DNA from: Pseudomonadales bacterium
Lineage (GTDB): Bacteria; Pseudomonadota; Gammaproteobacteria; Pseudomonadales; GM7GCV1
Assembly: GCA_965222065.1 (NCBI GenBank)
Contig: OZ244933.1
Coordinates: forward strand, 1,447,680 to 1,511,679
Direction: 5' to 3'
DNA: 64,000 nt
The position numbers and the translations under genes are program-made. The notes below the pieces were generated by a model. That model did no database searches. It was not told where the DNA came from and saw only the letters and a list, made by a program, of their open reading frames with translations. Position 1 is the first letter of the stretch. Every line of letters starts with the position of its first letter. Below, piece by piece: positions 53,039-64,000 of the stretch.

Positions 53039-54604
53039 ATGCGTATAGGTATTCCAAAAGAAGTACACGCCAATGAGCGCCGAGTGGCAACCACGCCCGA
53101 TGTTGTCGGCGAACTGCAAAAGCTGGGCTTTGAGGTTTCTGTCGAGGCTGGTGCCGGAGAGGCCGCCAAGTTTACCGACTCGGCCTATGAAGCGTCCGGA
53201 GCCCGGGTTATTTCTGATCCCCGGGAGATCTGGAGTTCGAGTGACATCATTCTAAAAGTGCGTGCGCCTGGCGAGCATCCGGAACTGGGAGTAAATGAAA
53301 CCGAGCTGCTAAAGGAAGGCCAGACCCTGGTCAGTTTTATGGCACCTGCGCAAAATTCGGAACTGCTGCAGACGCTTGCCGACAAAAAGGTTAATGCGCT
53401 GGCCATTGAAAGTATTCCGAGGATATCGCGTGCCCAGAAGATGGATGGACTTTCGTCCATGGCCAATATTGCCGGGTACCGTGCAGTGGTTGAGGCGGCC
53501 CAGCATTTCGGCCGGTTTTTTACTGGCCAGATCACTGCCGCAGGCAAGATACCTCCCGCCAAAATCCTGGTCATTGGCGCCGGGGTGGCAGGTCTTTCAG
53601 CCATTGGGGCAGCAGCTTCCATGGGGGCAATCGTTCGGGCATTTGATACACGCCCTGAGGTGAAAGACCAGGTTGAAAGCCTGGGTGGCGAGTTCCTGAT
53701 GCTGGATTTCGATGACGAGGATGGCAGCGGCGAAGGTGGCTATGCCAAGGTAATGAGCGACGAGTTTATCGCTGCCGAAATGGCGCTGTTCGCCGAGCAG
53801 GCCAAGGAAATTGACATTGTGATTACGACGGCCCTTATACCCGGCAAGCCCGCACCGGAGCTGTGGACAGAAGACATGGTCAAGTCCATGAAAGAGGGGA
53901 GTGTTATCGTTGATTTGGCTGCCGAGATGGGCGGCAATTGCAAGCTGACGGAAGCCAATAAAGTAGTGGTCAAGCACGGTGTCACACTGATCGGCTATAC
54001 CGATCTTCCCAGCCGACTGCCCACCCAGTCCAGTCAGCTTTATGCCACTAACCTGCGACATCTGTTATCCGATATGTGTCCCGATAAGGACGGCACTATC
54101 CATATCGATATGGAGGATGAGGTGATTCGCGGAGCCACTTGCGTTAAGGATGGCAAGGTCACCTGGCCGCCACCCGCACCCAAAACCAGTTCAGCCCCGA
54201 AAGCACCAGCACAGCCAAAACAGGAGCCCGAAACTCCGGCAGAACCCGAGGCACCCAAAAACAAATGGGTGGGCAACCTGGCCGCGTTTTTAATCGCCGG
54301 CGCTGCCCTGCTTGGGTTGGGTTCCGTTGCCCCGGCATCCTTTATGGCGCATTTCACTGTGTTTGTCCTGGCCTGTTTTGTGGGCTACATGGTGATCTGG
54401 AACGTGAAGCCATCCCTGCACACGCCCTTGATGAGCGTAACCAATGCCATCAGTAGCATCATTATCATCGGGGCACTGATCCAGATCAGTTCACCTGACC
54501 GGGGAATGCTTTACCTGGCGGCCATCGCTGTACTTATTACCAGCATCAATATCTTCGGCGGCTTCGCCGTGACACGGCGCATGTTGGCCATGTTCCAGAA
54601 ATAA
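53039..54604 (+). CDS. pntA: NAD(P) transhydrogenase alpha subunit
   Basis: MRIGIPKE start with an AAGGAGAG Shine-Dalgarno. Alanine-dehydrogenase-like dI domain, NAD-binding GAGVAG, Ala/Pro-rich linker, and 4 C-terminal TM helices. The upstream extension to 52901 is rejected because it would include the terminator hairpin. Confidence 0.9.
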   Translation: MRIGIPKEVHANERRVATTPDVVGELQKLGFEVSVEAGAGEAAKFTDSAYEASGARVISDPREIWSSSDIILKVRAPGEHPELGVNETELLKEGQTLVSFMAPAQNSELLQTLADKKVNALAIESIPRISRAQKMDGLSSMANIAGYRAVVEAAQHFGRFFTGQITAAGKIPPAKILVIGAGVAGLSAIGAAASMGAIVRAFDTRPEVKDQVESLGGEFLMLDFDDEDGSGEGGYAKVMSDEFIAAEMALFAEQAKEIDIVITTALIPGKPAPELWTEDMVKSMKEGSVIVDLAAEMGGNCKLTEANKVVVKHGVTLIGYTDLPSRLPTQSSQLYATNLRHLLSDMCPDKDGTIHIDMEDEVIRGATCVKDGKVTWPPPAPKTSSAPKAPAQPKQEPETPAEPEAPKNKWVGNLAAFLIAGAALLGLGSVAPASFMAHFTVFVLACFVGYMVIWNVKPSLHTPLMSVTNAISSIIIIGALIQISSPDRGMLYLAAIAVLITSINIFGGFAVTRRMLAMFQK

Positions 54605-54619
54605 GGGGAAATAAGAATT

Positions 54620-56020
54620 ATGTTATCTCAAGGTGTATTAACTGCCTCTTATGTTGGGGCATCCATTCTGTTCATCCTGGCGCTGGGTGGCCTCAGCTCC
54701 CAGGAAACCGCCAAGCGCGGAAACATCTATGGCATGGCGGGCATGGGTCTGGCCCTGGCAGCTACTGTACTTGGTGTAGTCACTGCAAATTACGCCATCC
54801 TGATCGGGGCCATGGCGATTGGTGCAGTGATTGGCCTGGTGTTGGCCGCTCGCGTACAGATGACCCAAATGCCGGAGCTGGTGGCCATTCTTCACAGCCT
54901 GGTTGGTCTGGCGGCTGTCCTGGTTGGCTTTGCGACCTTTATGGATCACAGCCACGGTTATACAGGTGTGGAAAAAACCATCCACGATGTGGAAATCTAT
55001 GTCGGCATCCTGATTGGCGCGCTGACATTTTCCGGTTCCGTCATCGCCTACCTGAAACTCAGCGCCAAAATTGGTGGCAAGCCACTGCTGTTGCCTGCTC
55101 GTCACTGGTTAAACCTGGCCCTGCTGATTGCTGCCATTTATTTCGGAGTTGAGTTTGTCGAGCAATCTTCTGCCAATCAGGGCATGACTGCACTATTGAT
55201 TGTGACCGTGATCGCCTTGCTGTTTGGCATTCATATGGTGATGGCCATCGGTGGTGCCGACATGCCCGTGGTGGTCTCCATGCTCAACAGCTACTCTGGC
55301 TGGGCAGCGGCAGCTACCGGATTTATGCTCAGTAATGACTTGCTGATTGTTGTCGGGGCCCTGGTGGGAAGTTCGGGGGCAATCCTGAGCTACATCATGT
55401 GCCGGGCCATGAACCGCAGGTTTATCGCCGTGATTGCCGGAGGCTTTGGCAACCCCAAATCTTCCGGAACTTCTTCGGGCGCTGAAGGGGAGGCCGGGGA
55501 TATCAATCCTATTGAAACAGAGGAGCTTGTGGCGCTTCTTGAGGACGCCAAAGAAGTCATGATCCTTCCCGGGTATGGTATGGCGGTGGCACAGGCACAG
55601 CACTCCGTCTGTGAACTCACCAAGAAGCTCAAGGCCAAGGGCGTGAATGTGCGCTTTGGTATCCACCCGGTCGCCGGGCGCATGCCGGGGCACATGAATG
55701 TATTGCTTGCCGAGGCCAAGGTACCTTACGACATTGTGTTTGAGATGGAGGAAATCAACGACGACTTCCCGGACGTGGATGTGTCCATCGTGATTGGCGC
55801 CAACGATATTGTGAATCCGGCCGCACAGGAGGTACCTGATAGTCCGATTGCAGGTATGCCTGTCCTGGAGCCATGGAACGGCAAGACCACCATCGTGTTG
55901 AAGCGCTCCATGGCCACGGGCTATGCCGGGGTCGACAACCCCTTGTTCTACAAGGACAACACCCGGATGTTGTTTGGTGATGCCAAGGCCAGTATCGACG
56001 CCCTGGTGAGCTCACTCTAG
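54620..56020 (+). CDS. pntB: NAD(P) transhydrogenase beta subunit
   Basis: N-terminal TM domain plus a C-terminal NADP(H)-binding dIII domain ([21 protein letters not shown]). Confidence 0.9.
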   Translation: MLSQGVLTASYVGASILFILALGGLSSQETAKRGNIYGMAGMGLALAATVLGVVTANYAILIGAMAIGAVIGLVLAARVQMTQMPELVAILHSLVGLAAVLVGFATFMDHSHGYTGVEKTIHDVEIYVGILIGALTFSGSVIAYLKLSAKIGGKPLLLPARHWLNLALLIAAIYFGVEFVEQSSANQGMTALLIVTVIALLFGIHMVMAIGGADMPVVVSMLNSYSGWAAAATGFMLSNDLLIVVGALVGSSGAILSYIMCRAMNRRFIAVIAGGFGNPKSSGTSSGAEGEAGDINPIETEELVALLEDAKEVMILPGYGMAVAQAQHSVCELTKKLKAKGVNVRFGIHPVAGRMPGHMNVLLAEAKVPYDIVFEMEEINDDFPDVDVSIVIGANDIVNPAAQEVPDSPIAGMPVLEPWNGKTTIVLKRSMATGYAGVDNPLFYKDNTRMLFGDAKASIDALVSSL

Positions 56021-56030
56021 CGACTCATCG

Positions 56031-56070
56031 AAAAAAACGCCCGGAAACACATAGTGTGGCCGGGCGTTTT
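56031..56070. terminator. Bidirectional rho-independent terminator between convergent pntB and the lipoprotein gene
   Basis: A7, then CGCCCGG...CCGGGCG hairpin, then TTTT. Confidence 0.65.
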
Positions 56071-56086
56071 AGCTATTAGACTTATG

Positions 56087-56629
56087 CTAAAAAAGAAATG
56101 GGGTTTCCTCAATATCCGGGAAATATCTCTGCATGGAAATATCCTGCCTCCCGACCTGTCCGGCTTTGAGTAACTGCAGGTCACGCTCGACGGCATCCAT
56201 ATACGCCAGAACCTCATCCCGTTCCAGTGCTTCCAGCAACGCCTCTCCCCAGACGGCAACCATATTGGTAAAAATATAACGATCCGGTTTTTCCTTGGCC
56301 CACTCCGGCGCAATACTGAGACCAATACCGGCAATACGCTGACGCACAAGTGGCCGCTGGTTCGCTGGCATTTGTGAGGTGAGATCATCGGACATCTGTA
56401 GCCAGCCATTGTTATAAACAACCCAGCCCTGATAAAAACGTTTGACCCAGACCAGGTACTCTTCCAGGGACTGTAATTGCTGATTTGCCGGATCACTTTC
56501 GTAAGCTTCCAGAAAAATGTCTATGGGCGGCAAATCCTCAGACCACTCCATTTGCATTTTGTAGTAGCTGGCACAACCTGCCAAAGAGATGAGCAATACG
56601 GCAACGATAATTTTGTAAAAATGCTTCAT
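56087..56629 (-). CDS. Lipoprotein, function unknown
   Basis: Lipobox LISLAGC after MKHFYKIIVAVL. No known domain. Confidence 0.5.
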   Translation of the reverse strand: MKHFYKIIVAVLLISLAGCASYYKMQMEWSEDLPPIDIFLEAYESDPANQQLQSLEEYLVWVKRFYQGWVVYNNGWLQMSDDLTSQMPANQRPLVRQRIAGIGLSIAPEWAKEKPDRYIFTNMVAVWGEALLEALERDEVLAYMDAVERDLQLLKAGQVGRQDISMQRYFPDIEETPFLF

Positions 56630-56781
56630 GGAAAGTATAAAAACTGGCACTGGCAATATAGGGGAATAGGCATGATCAGGGCGATCTATTTATCGATCTT
56701 ACTCGCCAAGTGTGAAACTATGGCGAAAATTTATACGCGGTATACTGTAAATGAACCAATGCCCGCAAGATACAAGAGCTT

Positions 56782-58056
56782 ATGTCGCATAAAAACCTGA
56801 CCCAGAAAGTCCTGATTGCTCTGGCACTGGGTATTATCACCGGTCTGATCCTCAATATTTCCGGACTTGTTCAGTCCAGTTCTTTCGTCAGTGACTACCT
56901 TGTATCCGGCCTGTTTCATACAGTCGGCACAATGTTCGTCAATGCACTGAAAATGCTGGTCGTGCCCCTGGTACTTTTTTCTATCATTCCGGGAATCCTG
57001 GGCATCGGCGATATTCATCTGCTCGGCCGGGTAGGCATCAAGGCGTTGATACTTTACCTGTCGACGACCGCCATCGCCATTGCGACGGCACTGCTGGCCG
57101 CTTCCACGTTCTCCATTGGTGAAGGCATGTCACTAAATACCAGCAGCGATTTTGCCGGTAACAGTGCACCGCCTGTTTCGGAAGTACTGATAAACATCAT
57201 CCCCAGTAATCCCATTGCCGCCATGGCCAATGGCGACATGCTGGCAATTATATTTTTCGCCATCATCTTTGGTATCAGCTTGCTGGCAGTTGCCAGGGAG
57301 TCGCCAGAAACCGTAAAGCTGATGGAACAGTTAAATGAAGTGATGATGAAAATGGTTGGCCTGGTGATGCATTTTGCTCCTTATGCAGTGTTTTGCCTGA
57401 TCGCACGAGCCATTTCCGAGCTTGGACTGGACTTGCTGAAAGAGCTTATCGGTTATGCCCTGGTATTGGTTGGCGTGCTGCTTTTCCATGCCCTGGTTAG
57501 CTACAGTCTGATTCTTAAAGTATTTACCGGTCTGAGCCCCGCAATTTTTCTCAGGAAATTGAGAGCCGCGCAGACCTTTGCCTTCAGCACGGCAAGTTCC
57601 GCAGCAACCATTCCGGTAACCTTGCGTACCGTTGAGCAACGGCTTGGCGTTAATAATTCCATTGCCTCCTTCACGGTACCTCTGGGAGCAACCATCAACA
57701 TGGACGGCACGGCAATGATGCAAGGCGTGGCAACGGTGTTTATTGCCAATGTATATGGCATAGACCTCAGCGCAATGGACTATCTGATGGTTATTATGAT
57801 GGCCGTGCTCGCCTCGATTGGCACCGCAGCTGTTCCCAGTGTTGGCCTGGTCATGCTTACCATGGTCTTTAATGAAGTGAATCTGCCCGTTGAGGGAATT
57901 GGACTGGTTCTTGGCATCGACCGGATACTGGACATGTTACGGACCGCCGTGAACGTGACAGGTGACGCCACCGTCAGTACCGTGGTTGCCAAAAGCGAAA
58001 ACAGGTTTGATCCGGACATTTACAACAACCCGGAAGCCGGGATCATTAACGACTGA
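56782..58056 (+). CDS. Dicarboxylate/amino acid:cation (Na+/H+) symporter, DAACS family
   Basis: 424 aa with characteristic DAACS re-entrant loop motifs (SSAATIPV, NMDGTA). Confidence 0.8.
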   Translation: MSHKNLTQKVLIALALGIITGLILNISGLVQSSSFVSDYLVSGLFHTVGTMFVNALKMLVVPLVLFSIIPGILGIGDIHLLGRVGIKALILYLSTTAIAIATALLAASTFSIGEGMSLNTSSDFAGNSAPPVSEVLINIIPSNPIAAMANGDMLAIIFFAIIFGISLLAVARESPETVKLMEQLNEVMMKMVGLVMHFAPYAVFCLIARAISELGLDLLKELIGYALVLVGVLLFHALVSYSLILKVFTGLSPAIFLRKLRAAQTFAFSTASSAATIPVTLRTVEQRLGVNNSIASFTVPLGATINMDGTAMMQGVATVFIANVYGIDLSAMDYLMVIMMAVLASIGTAAVPSVGLVMLTMVFNEVNLPVEGIGLVLGIDRILDMLRTAVNVTGDATVSTVVAKSENRFDPDIYNNPEAGIIND

Positions 58057-58061
58057 TACGG

Positions 58062-59012
58062 TTAGCAGGGCGCGCTTTCCAGATGGGCCACGAGCTTTTC
58101 CGCCAACGGGCCCGACAACTCTTCCGGAAAATCATGCGCCCAGCCTTCGATAAGTTCAAAACGGGCACCTTCAATCTGGTTGGCAATATCCTGCCCACTG
58201 GTATAGGGAACCAGCGGGTCACTGTCTCCGTGTAACACAAGCGTCGGGGCACAAACTTTCCTTAGACGCGAGGAAATATTGCCCGTGCGCAAAGAGGCCG
58301 CCAGCTGGCGAGACAACCCCTGAGAATCTGGCGACCTCCGTTCCCGCTCGGCAATCCAGCTCTCAAGGTCCTCCTCGGTTTTAGGGTAGGCAGGACTCGT
58401 GAGCAGTCGCATTAATTCCATTTTTTGTCGATGGCCGGACTTGCTGAATATATAGGCCGGATTAGTGACCAGTTGTAATACCCGCCAGTCTGGTGGAGGC
58501 AGCCAGGGATTGCCCGTTGTGGAGCTCAGGCAACAAAGAGAACAGACACGCTCTGGATGCCCAGCGGCCAGGATCTGGGCAATAATCCCGCCCTGGGAGG
58601 AGCCCACCAAATGGGCGCGATCAATATTCAACGCATCCATAAGCCCCAGGGTGTCTTCAGCCATGTCATCCAAATCATAGGGCGCCGGAACCCTTGCACC
58701 CCAGAACATGCTCAAGCCATAAGCTGCCAGACTGGGTGGTGAAAGGTGATCCAGGTGAGAAGATAGCCCAATATCGCGATTATCAAATCGAATAACGCGA
58801 TAACCGGCGTCAGCAATCTTTTCGCAGAAGGAGACAGGCCAGTCGATCAACTGGCAATAAAGCCCCATGATGAGAATTACCGCCGGTGACTCCTCGCGGC
58901 CAAATTCATCGTATGCTATGCGAATACCGTTGGTTGAAAGACTGGGCACAATACGGAGATACCTGAAAATGGAGGATTTATCAGCCTGGACGGCAAAAAA
59001 GGGAATAGACAA
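58062..59012 (-). CDS. Alpha/beta hydrolase fold protein
   Basis: GSSQGG nucleophile elbow (GxSxG) and a C-terminal His context (GWAHDFP). Confidence 0.7.
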   Translation of the reverse strand: MSIPFFAVQADKSSIFRYLRIVPSLSTNGIRIAYDEFGREESPAVILIMGLYCQLIDWPVSFCEKIADAGYRVIRFDNRDIGLSSHLDHLSPPSLAAYGLSMFWGARVPAPYDLDDMAEDTLGLMDALNIDRAHLVGSSQGGIIAQILAAGHPERVCSLCCLSSTTGNPWLPPPDWRVLQLVTNPAYIFSKSGHRQKMELMRLLTSPAYPKTEEDLESWIAERERRSPDSQGLSRQLAASLRTGNISSRLRKVCAPTLVLHGDSDPLVPYTSGQDIANQIEGARFELIEGWAHDFPEELSGPLAEKLVAHLESAPC

Positions 59013-59035
59013 CAGAACGCCTGATACCAGGCACT

Positions 59036-60199
59036 TTATCCCGCCCCCTGTAAGGAGTCATTCAATTCCATTGCAGGCAGTGAAGCACTTGCGCGGGTAA
59101 CTGTCTGTAAAACACCCTCATCAAACCGGTGCTCAGCAATACCCACATTGAGAATAACCTGAAACGAACCACGCTCTGTGTCGATGACATTTTGTCGCAA
59201 CAATACTTGCAGGCGGTTCATCAGTGTTTTTGCCTGCTCTGCCGTTTTACCATACATAAAGACAAGAAATTCACCGCCCTTGTTTCTGGCAAGCAGATCC
59301 TGACGCCCCAAAATCCGCATGACCATCAGTGCTACATGACCTAGTGCCAAATCACCACTCTTACCACCGTAGGTATCGTTAATCTCAGAAAAATTATCAA
59401 TCCCAAGTATGGCTATCGTACTGGGTTGCTGATTTGCCAGTGAACTTTCCAGCAATGGCTCAACGGAATCAAAAAATGTTCGACGACTGAGCACCCCCGC
59501 CTGGTTTTGCCGATGTGCCGCATTACCAAGACGGTCGATCAGTCGCTGGTTGGTCAACAGGATCAACGCCATCATGCAAGCGAACGTGGTAATGACGGCA
59601 CCAAACATCACTACCGTATCAAATCCCATATCAATGGGGCGCGAAATATCAAGAAAACTCATTACGGCGCGAACCCCCCATGTCAGCGCCGCGCCAGAAA
59701 ATCCCGCACTGGCAAACCAGGTAGCAATCCCGGAAACACCATGACGGAGTATTTCGTACAACACCATTAGTGAAAGCACACTAATCAGCGAGGATATCCA
59801 GGCAACTCCCCATGCCGCAGGCATGTTCAGGGGGTGGCCAGCAAGCAACAGTATGAAAAAGCCTAGCCAGGCTCCAAACAGCAACTTTTTAGCGGGCAGG
59901 CTTCTTCCCATAAAGCGTAAAATGCCACGCCAGAGCACCAACCAGGCCAGGCCGTTTATTGAGGTTCCCAGATCCCGAAGGAAGCTAAAGAAATTTAGCG
60001 GCACCATGTCTGCCGGATCACTTAAATTTAGGCGTGCGATAACTGCCATGGAGCAGCCCACCAATGTCATGCTAAGCGCGATAGCCCAATCCCTGACCGC
60101 CAGCTCGTGCCGATTTAAATGCCAGTTGATCCACATGGCCATTGCGCTCATGGCGAAACTAAAAATCAACAAAATGTAAAGAACGTTGTACACGCTCAT
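59036..60199 (-). CDS. Membrane sensor with a C-terminal GGDEF-like domain whose active-site motif is degenerate (GGEF)
   Basis: ~6 N-terminal TM helices, then a GGDEF domain: I-site-like RQD, DNFSEINDTYG, and then RNKGGEFLVF where canonical enzymes have GG(D/E)EF. The one-residue shortening was verified on the nucleotide sequence at 59267..59278. Confidence 0.7.
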   Translation of the reverse strand: MSVYNVLYILLIFSFAMSAMAMWINWHLNRHELAVRDWAIALSMTLVGCSMAVIARLNLSDPADMVPLNFFSFLRDLGTSINGLAWLVLWRGILRFMGRSLPAKKLLFGAWLGFFILLLAGHPLNMPAAWGVAWISSLISVLSLMVLYEILRHGVSGIATWFASAGFSGAALTWGVRAVMSFLDISRPIDMGFDTVVMFGAVITTFACMMALILLTNQRLIDRLGNAAHRQNQAGVLSRRTFFDSVEPLLESSLANQQPSTIAILGIDNFSEINDTYGGKSGDLALGHVALMVMRILGRQDLLARNKGGEFLVFMYGKTAEQAKTLMNRLQVLLRQNVIDTERGSFQVILNVGIAEHRFDEGVLQTVTRASASLPAMELNDSLQGAG

Positions 60200-60334
60200 G
60201 CTTTATCCCTGTCTTAAACGCCTGAAGCCAACCAGATGTTCCTGCTAATATTGTTGTGCTTTAGTACAGCATACAAACATGCAGGCTTGAACTATACATC
60301 TACGTAAAATAATGAACGGGCTCACCGGAAACCC

Positions 60335-61072
60335 TTGATGCAACTAATCGACTCTCTCTTACAACACCGCTCCATTAGAAAATTTACCAGCGAAGCGATC
60401 GAAGAGCATTTGCTGGAACGTATTTTACGTGCGGGACAGTCTGCGGCCACCTCAAGCTTCGTCCAAGCTTATAGTCTTATTCGAATCACGGATAGCCAAC
60501 TTCGTGGAAAGCTAGCCGAATTAAGCGGCAATCAATCTTACGTTGCAGAATGTGCCGAGTTCTTTGTCTGTTGCGCTGATCTGGCAAGAAACCGGGACAT
60601 TTGCTTACAGGCCGGTCAAACGGCTGAACCCGGTTATATGGAGCAGTTCATTATCGCCACCGTCGACACAGCACTTATGGCGCAAAATATGGTCGTTGCA
60701 GCTGAGTCCATAGGGCTGGGAATATGCTTTATTGGCGGCATCCGCAACAATCCACAGCAAGTTTCTGACCTGTTGGGCCTACCCGAATTTACCTATCCGG
60801 TTTTTGGACTTTGCCTGGGCTATCCCGCCCATAACCCGGAAACAAAGCCACGTTTGCCCCGGTCTTTATGGGTCATGGAAAACCACTACAAACCAGTTGA
60901 AACCGGCTCTGATCTGGAAGACTACGATCAGGCAGTGAGTGAATACTACAAAACCAGGACCGGCAACAGAAAAAATACAAGCTGGACCGAGGAAATGCTG
61001 GGATTCCTGAAAAAGGAATCCCGGCCACATATGCTTCAGTTTTTACAATCGAGAGGGCTGGCCAGGCGGTAA
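60335..61072 (+). CDS. nfsA: Oxygen-insensitive NADPH nitroreductase
   Basis: N-terminal HRSIRKF motif and overall NfsA/FRP family pattern, 245 aa. Confidence 0.8.
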   Translation: MMQLIDSLLQHRSIRKFTSEAIEEHLLERILRAGQSAATSSFVQAYSLIRITDSQLRGKLAELSGNQSYVAECAEFFVCCADLARNRDICLQAGQTAEPGYMEQFIIATVDTALMAQNMVVAAESIGLGICFIGGIRNNPQQVSDLLGLPEFTYPVFGLCLGYPAHNPETKPRLPRSLWVMENHYKPVETGSDLEDYDQAVSEYYKTRTGNRKNTSWTEEMLGFLKKESRPHMLQFLQSRGLARR

Positions 61073-61074
61073 TT

Positions 61075-62358
61075 ATGTCTGCGGACAATAATCTCAATAA
61101 ATATCTGGTCGGAGGGGCTGTTCGCGACCAGCTACTGGGCATTGCGCCAAGCGAACAGGACTGGGTCGTCACCGGAGCCTCACCTGAAGACATGCTCAAA
61201 CGGGGCTTTAAACAGGTTGGCAACGAGTTCCCTGTTTTTTTGCATCCGGACACAAAAGAAGAATATGCACTCGCACGCAGGGAAAGAAAGCAGGGGAGTG
61301 GCTACCACGGATTTGCCACGGATACCCGCTCCGTAACACTGGAAGAAGATCTTTCTCGACGCGATCTCACCATCAATGCCATGGCATTGACTGACCAAAA
61401 TGAACTCATTGATCCTTTTGACGGGCAGGACGACATTAGACAACGTGTACTTAGGCACGTTTCCCCGGCATTTGCCGAAGATCCGCTTCGGGTATTGAGA
61501 GTGGCTCGTTTTTCCGCACAGCTTTCCACTTACTGCTTCCAACTGGCCGACGAGACACGGCAGCTATTGCAATCAATGTCGTCCAGTGCCGAATTGGAAA
61601 AACTGACTCCGGAACGCGTCTGGATGGAGACCGAAAAGGCGCTAAAGACGTCGAGACCCAGGCTCTATTTTGAAGTTCTTCGGGAGATTGGCGCATTGAA
61701 GGTTATTTTTCCGGAAATCGATGCCTTGTTTGGTATCGACCAGCGGCCCAGATTTCACCCTGAAATTGACGTCGGCCTTCATTGTTTAATGAGCCTGGAT
61801 AGTATTGCGGAGCTAACCGATGATCCTGTACAGAGGTTTGCCGTGCTCTGCCACGATCTGGGCAAAGCGACGACTCCACCTTCTGTCCGACCTGGCCATG
61901 CGGGACATGAAGACCGCGGCGCCATCCTGACCGAACAACTTTGTAATCGACTGAAGGTACCAAACAAATATCGCCAACTGGCAGTCACTGTGGCGCGATT
62001 ACACCTGAAGTGCCACCAGGCGCTGAAAACACCGGCAAATGAGCTGGTTCAATTATTGTCGCAACTTGGGGCCTGGACACAAAAGTCCAGTGTAGAGGCC
62101 TTTGGTAATTGTTGTATGGCCGACGCCCGTGGGCGAACCGGCCTTGAAAGCAGGCCTTATCCGCAAAAGGAATTTTTACTTGAGTGCGAACAGGCTGGCG
62201 CGTCTATCTCAGCTTCTCAACTGGTGGATCAGGGCTACCAGGGAGAAGAACTCGGTAAGCACCTGAAAGCCATGCGAGCGAAGGCAATGGAAGAAGTGAT
62301 CGCGCGATATCAGGATATCGACGAGCTGCGTTACGCTTGCCCTGATGAAAAAAGCTAG
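61075..62358 (+). CDS. cca: Multifunctional CCA-adding enzyme (tRNA nucleotidyltransferase with an HD phosphohydrolase domain)
   Basis: GGAVRD nucleotidyltransferase head motif and an HD domain (LHDLGK). Confidence 0.9.
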   Translation: MSADNNLNKYLVGGAVRDQLLGIAPSEQDWVVTGASPEDMLKRGFKQVGNEFPVFLHPDTKEEYALARRERKQGSGYHGFATDTRSVTLEEDLSRRDLTINAMALTDQNELIDPFDGQDDIRQRVLRHVSPAFAEDPLRVLRVARFSAQLSTYCFQLADETRQLLQSMSSSAELEKLTPERVWMETEKALKTSRPRLYFEVLREIGALKVIFPEIDALFGIDQRPRFHPEIDVGLHCLMSLDSIAELTDDPVQRFAVLCHDLGKATTPPSVRPGHAGHEDRGAILTEQLCNRLKVPNKYRQLAVTVARLHLKCHQALKTPANELVQLLSQLGAWTQKSSVEAFGNCCMADARGRTGLESRPYPQKEFLLECEQAGASISASQLVDQGYQGEELGKHLKAMRAKAMEEVIARYQDIDELRYACPDEKS

Positions 62359-63428
62359 CCTGGCAGCACAGCTTCCAACTCATCCATTGGAAACTCTGAG
62401 GTGACTATCGCCTCTCCGAGCGCCTTAAGTAATACCAGTCGCAAACGACCGTCGAGTACTTTTTTATCCAGCCCCATGAGGTGAAGAAAATCTTTCCCTT
62501 TCATTTGCTCGGGAGGATCGGTAGGTAATCCGGCGGCGGCAATAATACGCCTGGCGCGCAAAAAATCCTGCTCGGTTATATTGCCCATTCGCATGGACAG
62601 CTCGGCAGCCATAACCATTCCAGCAGCCACCGCTTCACCATGAAGCCAGTCTTTATACTGTTGATAGGCCTCTATCGCGTGACCAAAGGTATGTCCGAGA
62701 TTGAGAATCGCCCGGACACCTTGCTCGGTTTCATCCGCCGCGACGACTCGTGCCTTGGTTTCGCAAGAGATGGCTATTGCCCTGGCAATCAGGTCTGCTT
62801 CACGCTGCATAAGCGCGGACATGTTTTGTTCCAGCCAGTCCAAAAATTTGGCATCAGCAATCAAGCCGTATTTGATCACTTCTGCCATCCCGGCCGCGTA
62901 CTCCCTGTCTGGCAGAGATTTCAGGATATCCGTATCTATAATGACCGCTCGAGGTTGGCAGAACGCGCCGATCATGTTTTTGCCGGCGGCATGGTTTACC
63001 CCTGTTTTACCACCGACCGAGGAATCTACCTGGGCCAGCAGAGTGGTCGGCAGTTGTACAAAATTTACACCGCGCTGGTAACAGGCCGCCGCAAAACCGG
63101 TCATATCACCTACAACCCCGCCACCTAATGCAACAAGAGTGGTCGTTCGGTTGTGACGAAGCTCCGTCAGACGATCAAATATTTTATTCAGGGTTTCAAG
63201 GTTTTTGAAACGCTCACCATCCGGCAATATCAGGCTGTCGGCATGGATACTGTTTTTTGAAAAATTATCGAGAACCGGCTGCAAATACATGGGTGCAATG
63301 GTCTCGTTGGTAACGACGAGCACCTGTGACCCCACCAGAAACTCCGAGAGATCCTGAGATCCCAGCAGGCCCGAACCAATTCGGATTGGATAGCTTCGAT
63401 CTCCAAGCTCTACGGTAATTTCGATCAA
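62355..63428 (-). CDS. aroB: 3-dehydroquinate synthase
   Basis: 357 aa. NAD-binding [14 protein letters not shown] and metal-binding HTFGHAIE motifs. The 59-bp gap to aroK fits the classic aroK-aroB operon. Confidence 0.9.
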   Translation of the reverse strand: MIEITVELGDRSYPIRIGSGLLGSQDLSEFLVGSQVLVVTNETIAPMYLQPVLDNFSKNSIHADSLILPDGERFKNLETLNKIFDRLTELRHNRTTTLVALGGGVVGDMTGFAAACYQRGVNFVQLPTTLLAQVDSSVGGKTGVNHAAGKNMIGAFCQPRAVIIDTDILKSLPDREYAAGMAEVIKYGLIADAKFLDWLEQNMSALMQREADLIARAIAISCETKARVVAADETEQGVRAILNLGHTFGHAIEAYQQYKDWLHGEAVAAGMVMAAELSMRMGNITEQDFLRARRIIAAAGLPTDPPEQMKGKDFLHLMGLDKKVLDGRLRLVLLKALGEAIVTSEFPMDELEAVLPG

Positions 63429-63486
63429 AATATATTTCCCTGGTGACAGCTCTGTTTTGGGGAGCGCATTCTAGCGTTTGGCGAGA

Positions 63487-64000
63487 TTATATTTCCAGCA
63501 GTCGGTCCGCAAGTTTCCTTGCTAGCTCTTGCGGACTGTTATTTTCACTTCCCTGAAAAGTGAGGTCCGCAAGTTCCCGATAAAGTGGATCACGCTGACG
63601 AAATATATTTTCGTAAGCAGTCCGCGGATCATCAACTTGCAATAGGGGCCTGGATTTATCCCGGGCCACGCGCTGGAACAGCACGTCCACGGGTGCCGTC
63701 AAATAAACGACCTTGCCTGCTTTTTGTAAAAGAGCGTGGTTTTCCGGCATGACCACGACGCCCCCGCCCGTGGCGATAACCGAATTGACCATCCGGGACA
63801 CTTCTTCAAGCACGGATGTCTCTCGCTTGCGGAATCCCTCTTCCCCTTCAATATCGAAAATCCAGGGGATGTTTGTACCGCAGCGCTCTTCTATCAGGTG
63901 ATCTGTATCAACAAACTGTTTGCCCAGAGCACTTGCCAGTGCTCGGCCAACCGCAGTTTTCCCCGAGCCCATAGGCCCAATCAGGACAACATTGTCACCC
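63487..64000 (-). CDS. aroK: Shikimate kinase I. Partial: the N-terminus extends beyond the window end.
   Basis: Walker A motif GPMGSGKT sits at the window edge and the reading frame continues past 64000. Shikimate kinase pattern throughout. Confidence 0.85.
   Translation of the reverse strand, partial: GDNVVLIGPMGSGKTAVGRALASALGKQFVDTDHLIEERCGTNIPWIFDIEGEEGFRKRETSVLEEVSRMVNSVIATGGGVVVMPENHALLQKAGKVVYLTAPVDVLFQRVARDKSRPLLQVDDPRTAYENIFRQRDPLYRELADLTFQGSENNSPQELARKLADRLLEI

Overview
This window reads as a gammaproteobacterial chromosome segment, probably from a marine, sodium-dependent organism (oadGAB Na+ pump, several Na+ symporters). The first ~9 kb looks AT-richer than the rest and appears to be accessory DNA. 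It carries the 3' part of a CzcA/CusA-type heavy-metal RND pump gene, a CzcD-like cation-diffusion facilitator, and a compact two-gene operon on the minus strand (2880..8698) encoding two very large proteins (891 and ~1050 aa). Each contains a phage-integrase-type tyrosine-recombinase catalytic core. In the second protein the R...K...HxxR...Y motifs are clearly recognisable, embedded mid-protein with ~540-aa N-terminal and ~300-aa C-terminal extensions. The operon is bracketed by very AT-rich non-coding DNA containing an inverted repeat, a 12-bp direct repeat and an intrinsic terminator. This giant double tyrosine-recombinase module is the most unusual element in the window and the best candidate for an undescribed mobile-element or island integration system. 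The remaining ~55 kb is core metabolism and transport. Main gene groups: RraA-like protein, two secreted ThuA-like paralogs, SDR, FMN-dependent alpha-hydroxy-acid dehydrogenase, DUF4212 + ActP-like symporter, PhoD, NHL-repeat protein, sglT-galK-galT with an upstream KGSADH-like aldehyde dehydrogenase, ppc, glk, the zwf-pgl-edd-eda-hexR Entner-Doudoroff cluster with HexR-like operators, a putative FNR-box / small ORF / uspA unit, fnr, pirin, azoR, a LysR regulator, an RND-MFP efflux pair, oadGAB, pntAB, a DAACS symporter, a GGDEF protein with a degenerate GGEF motif, nfsA, cca, aroB and partial aroK. No rRNA, tRNA or CRISPR array was seen.
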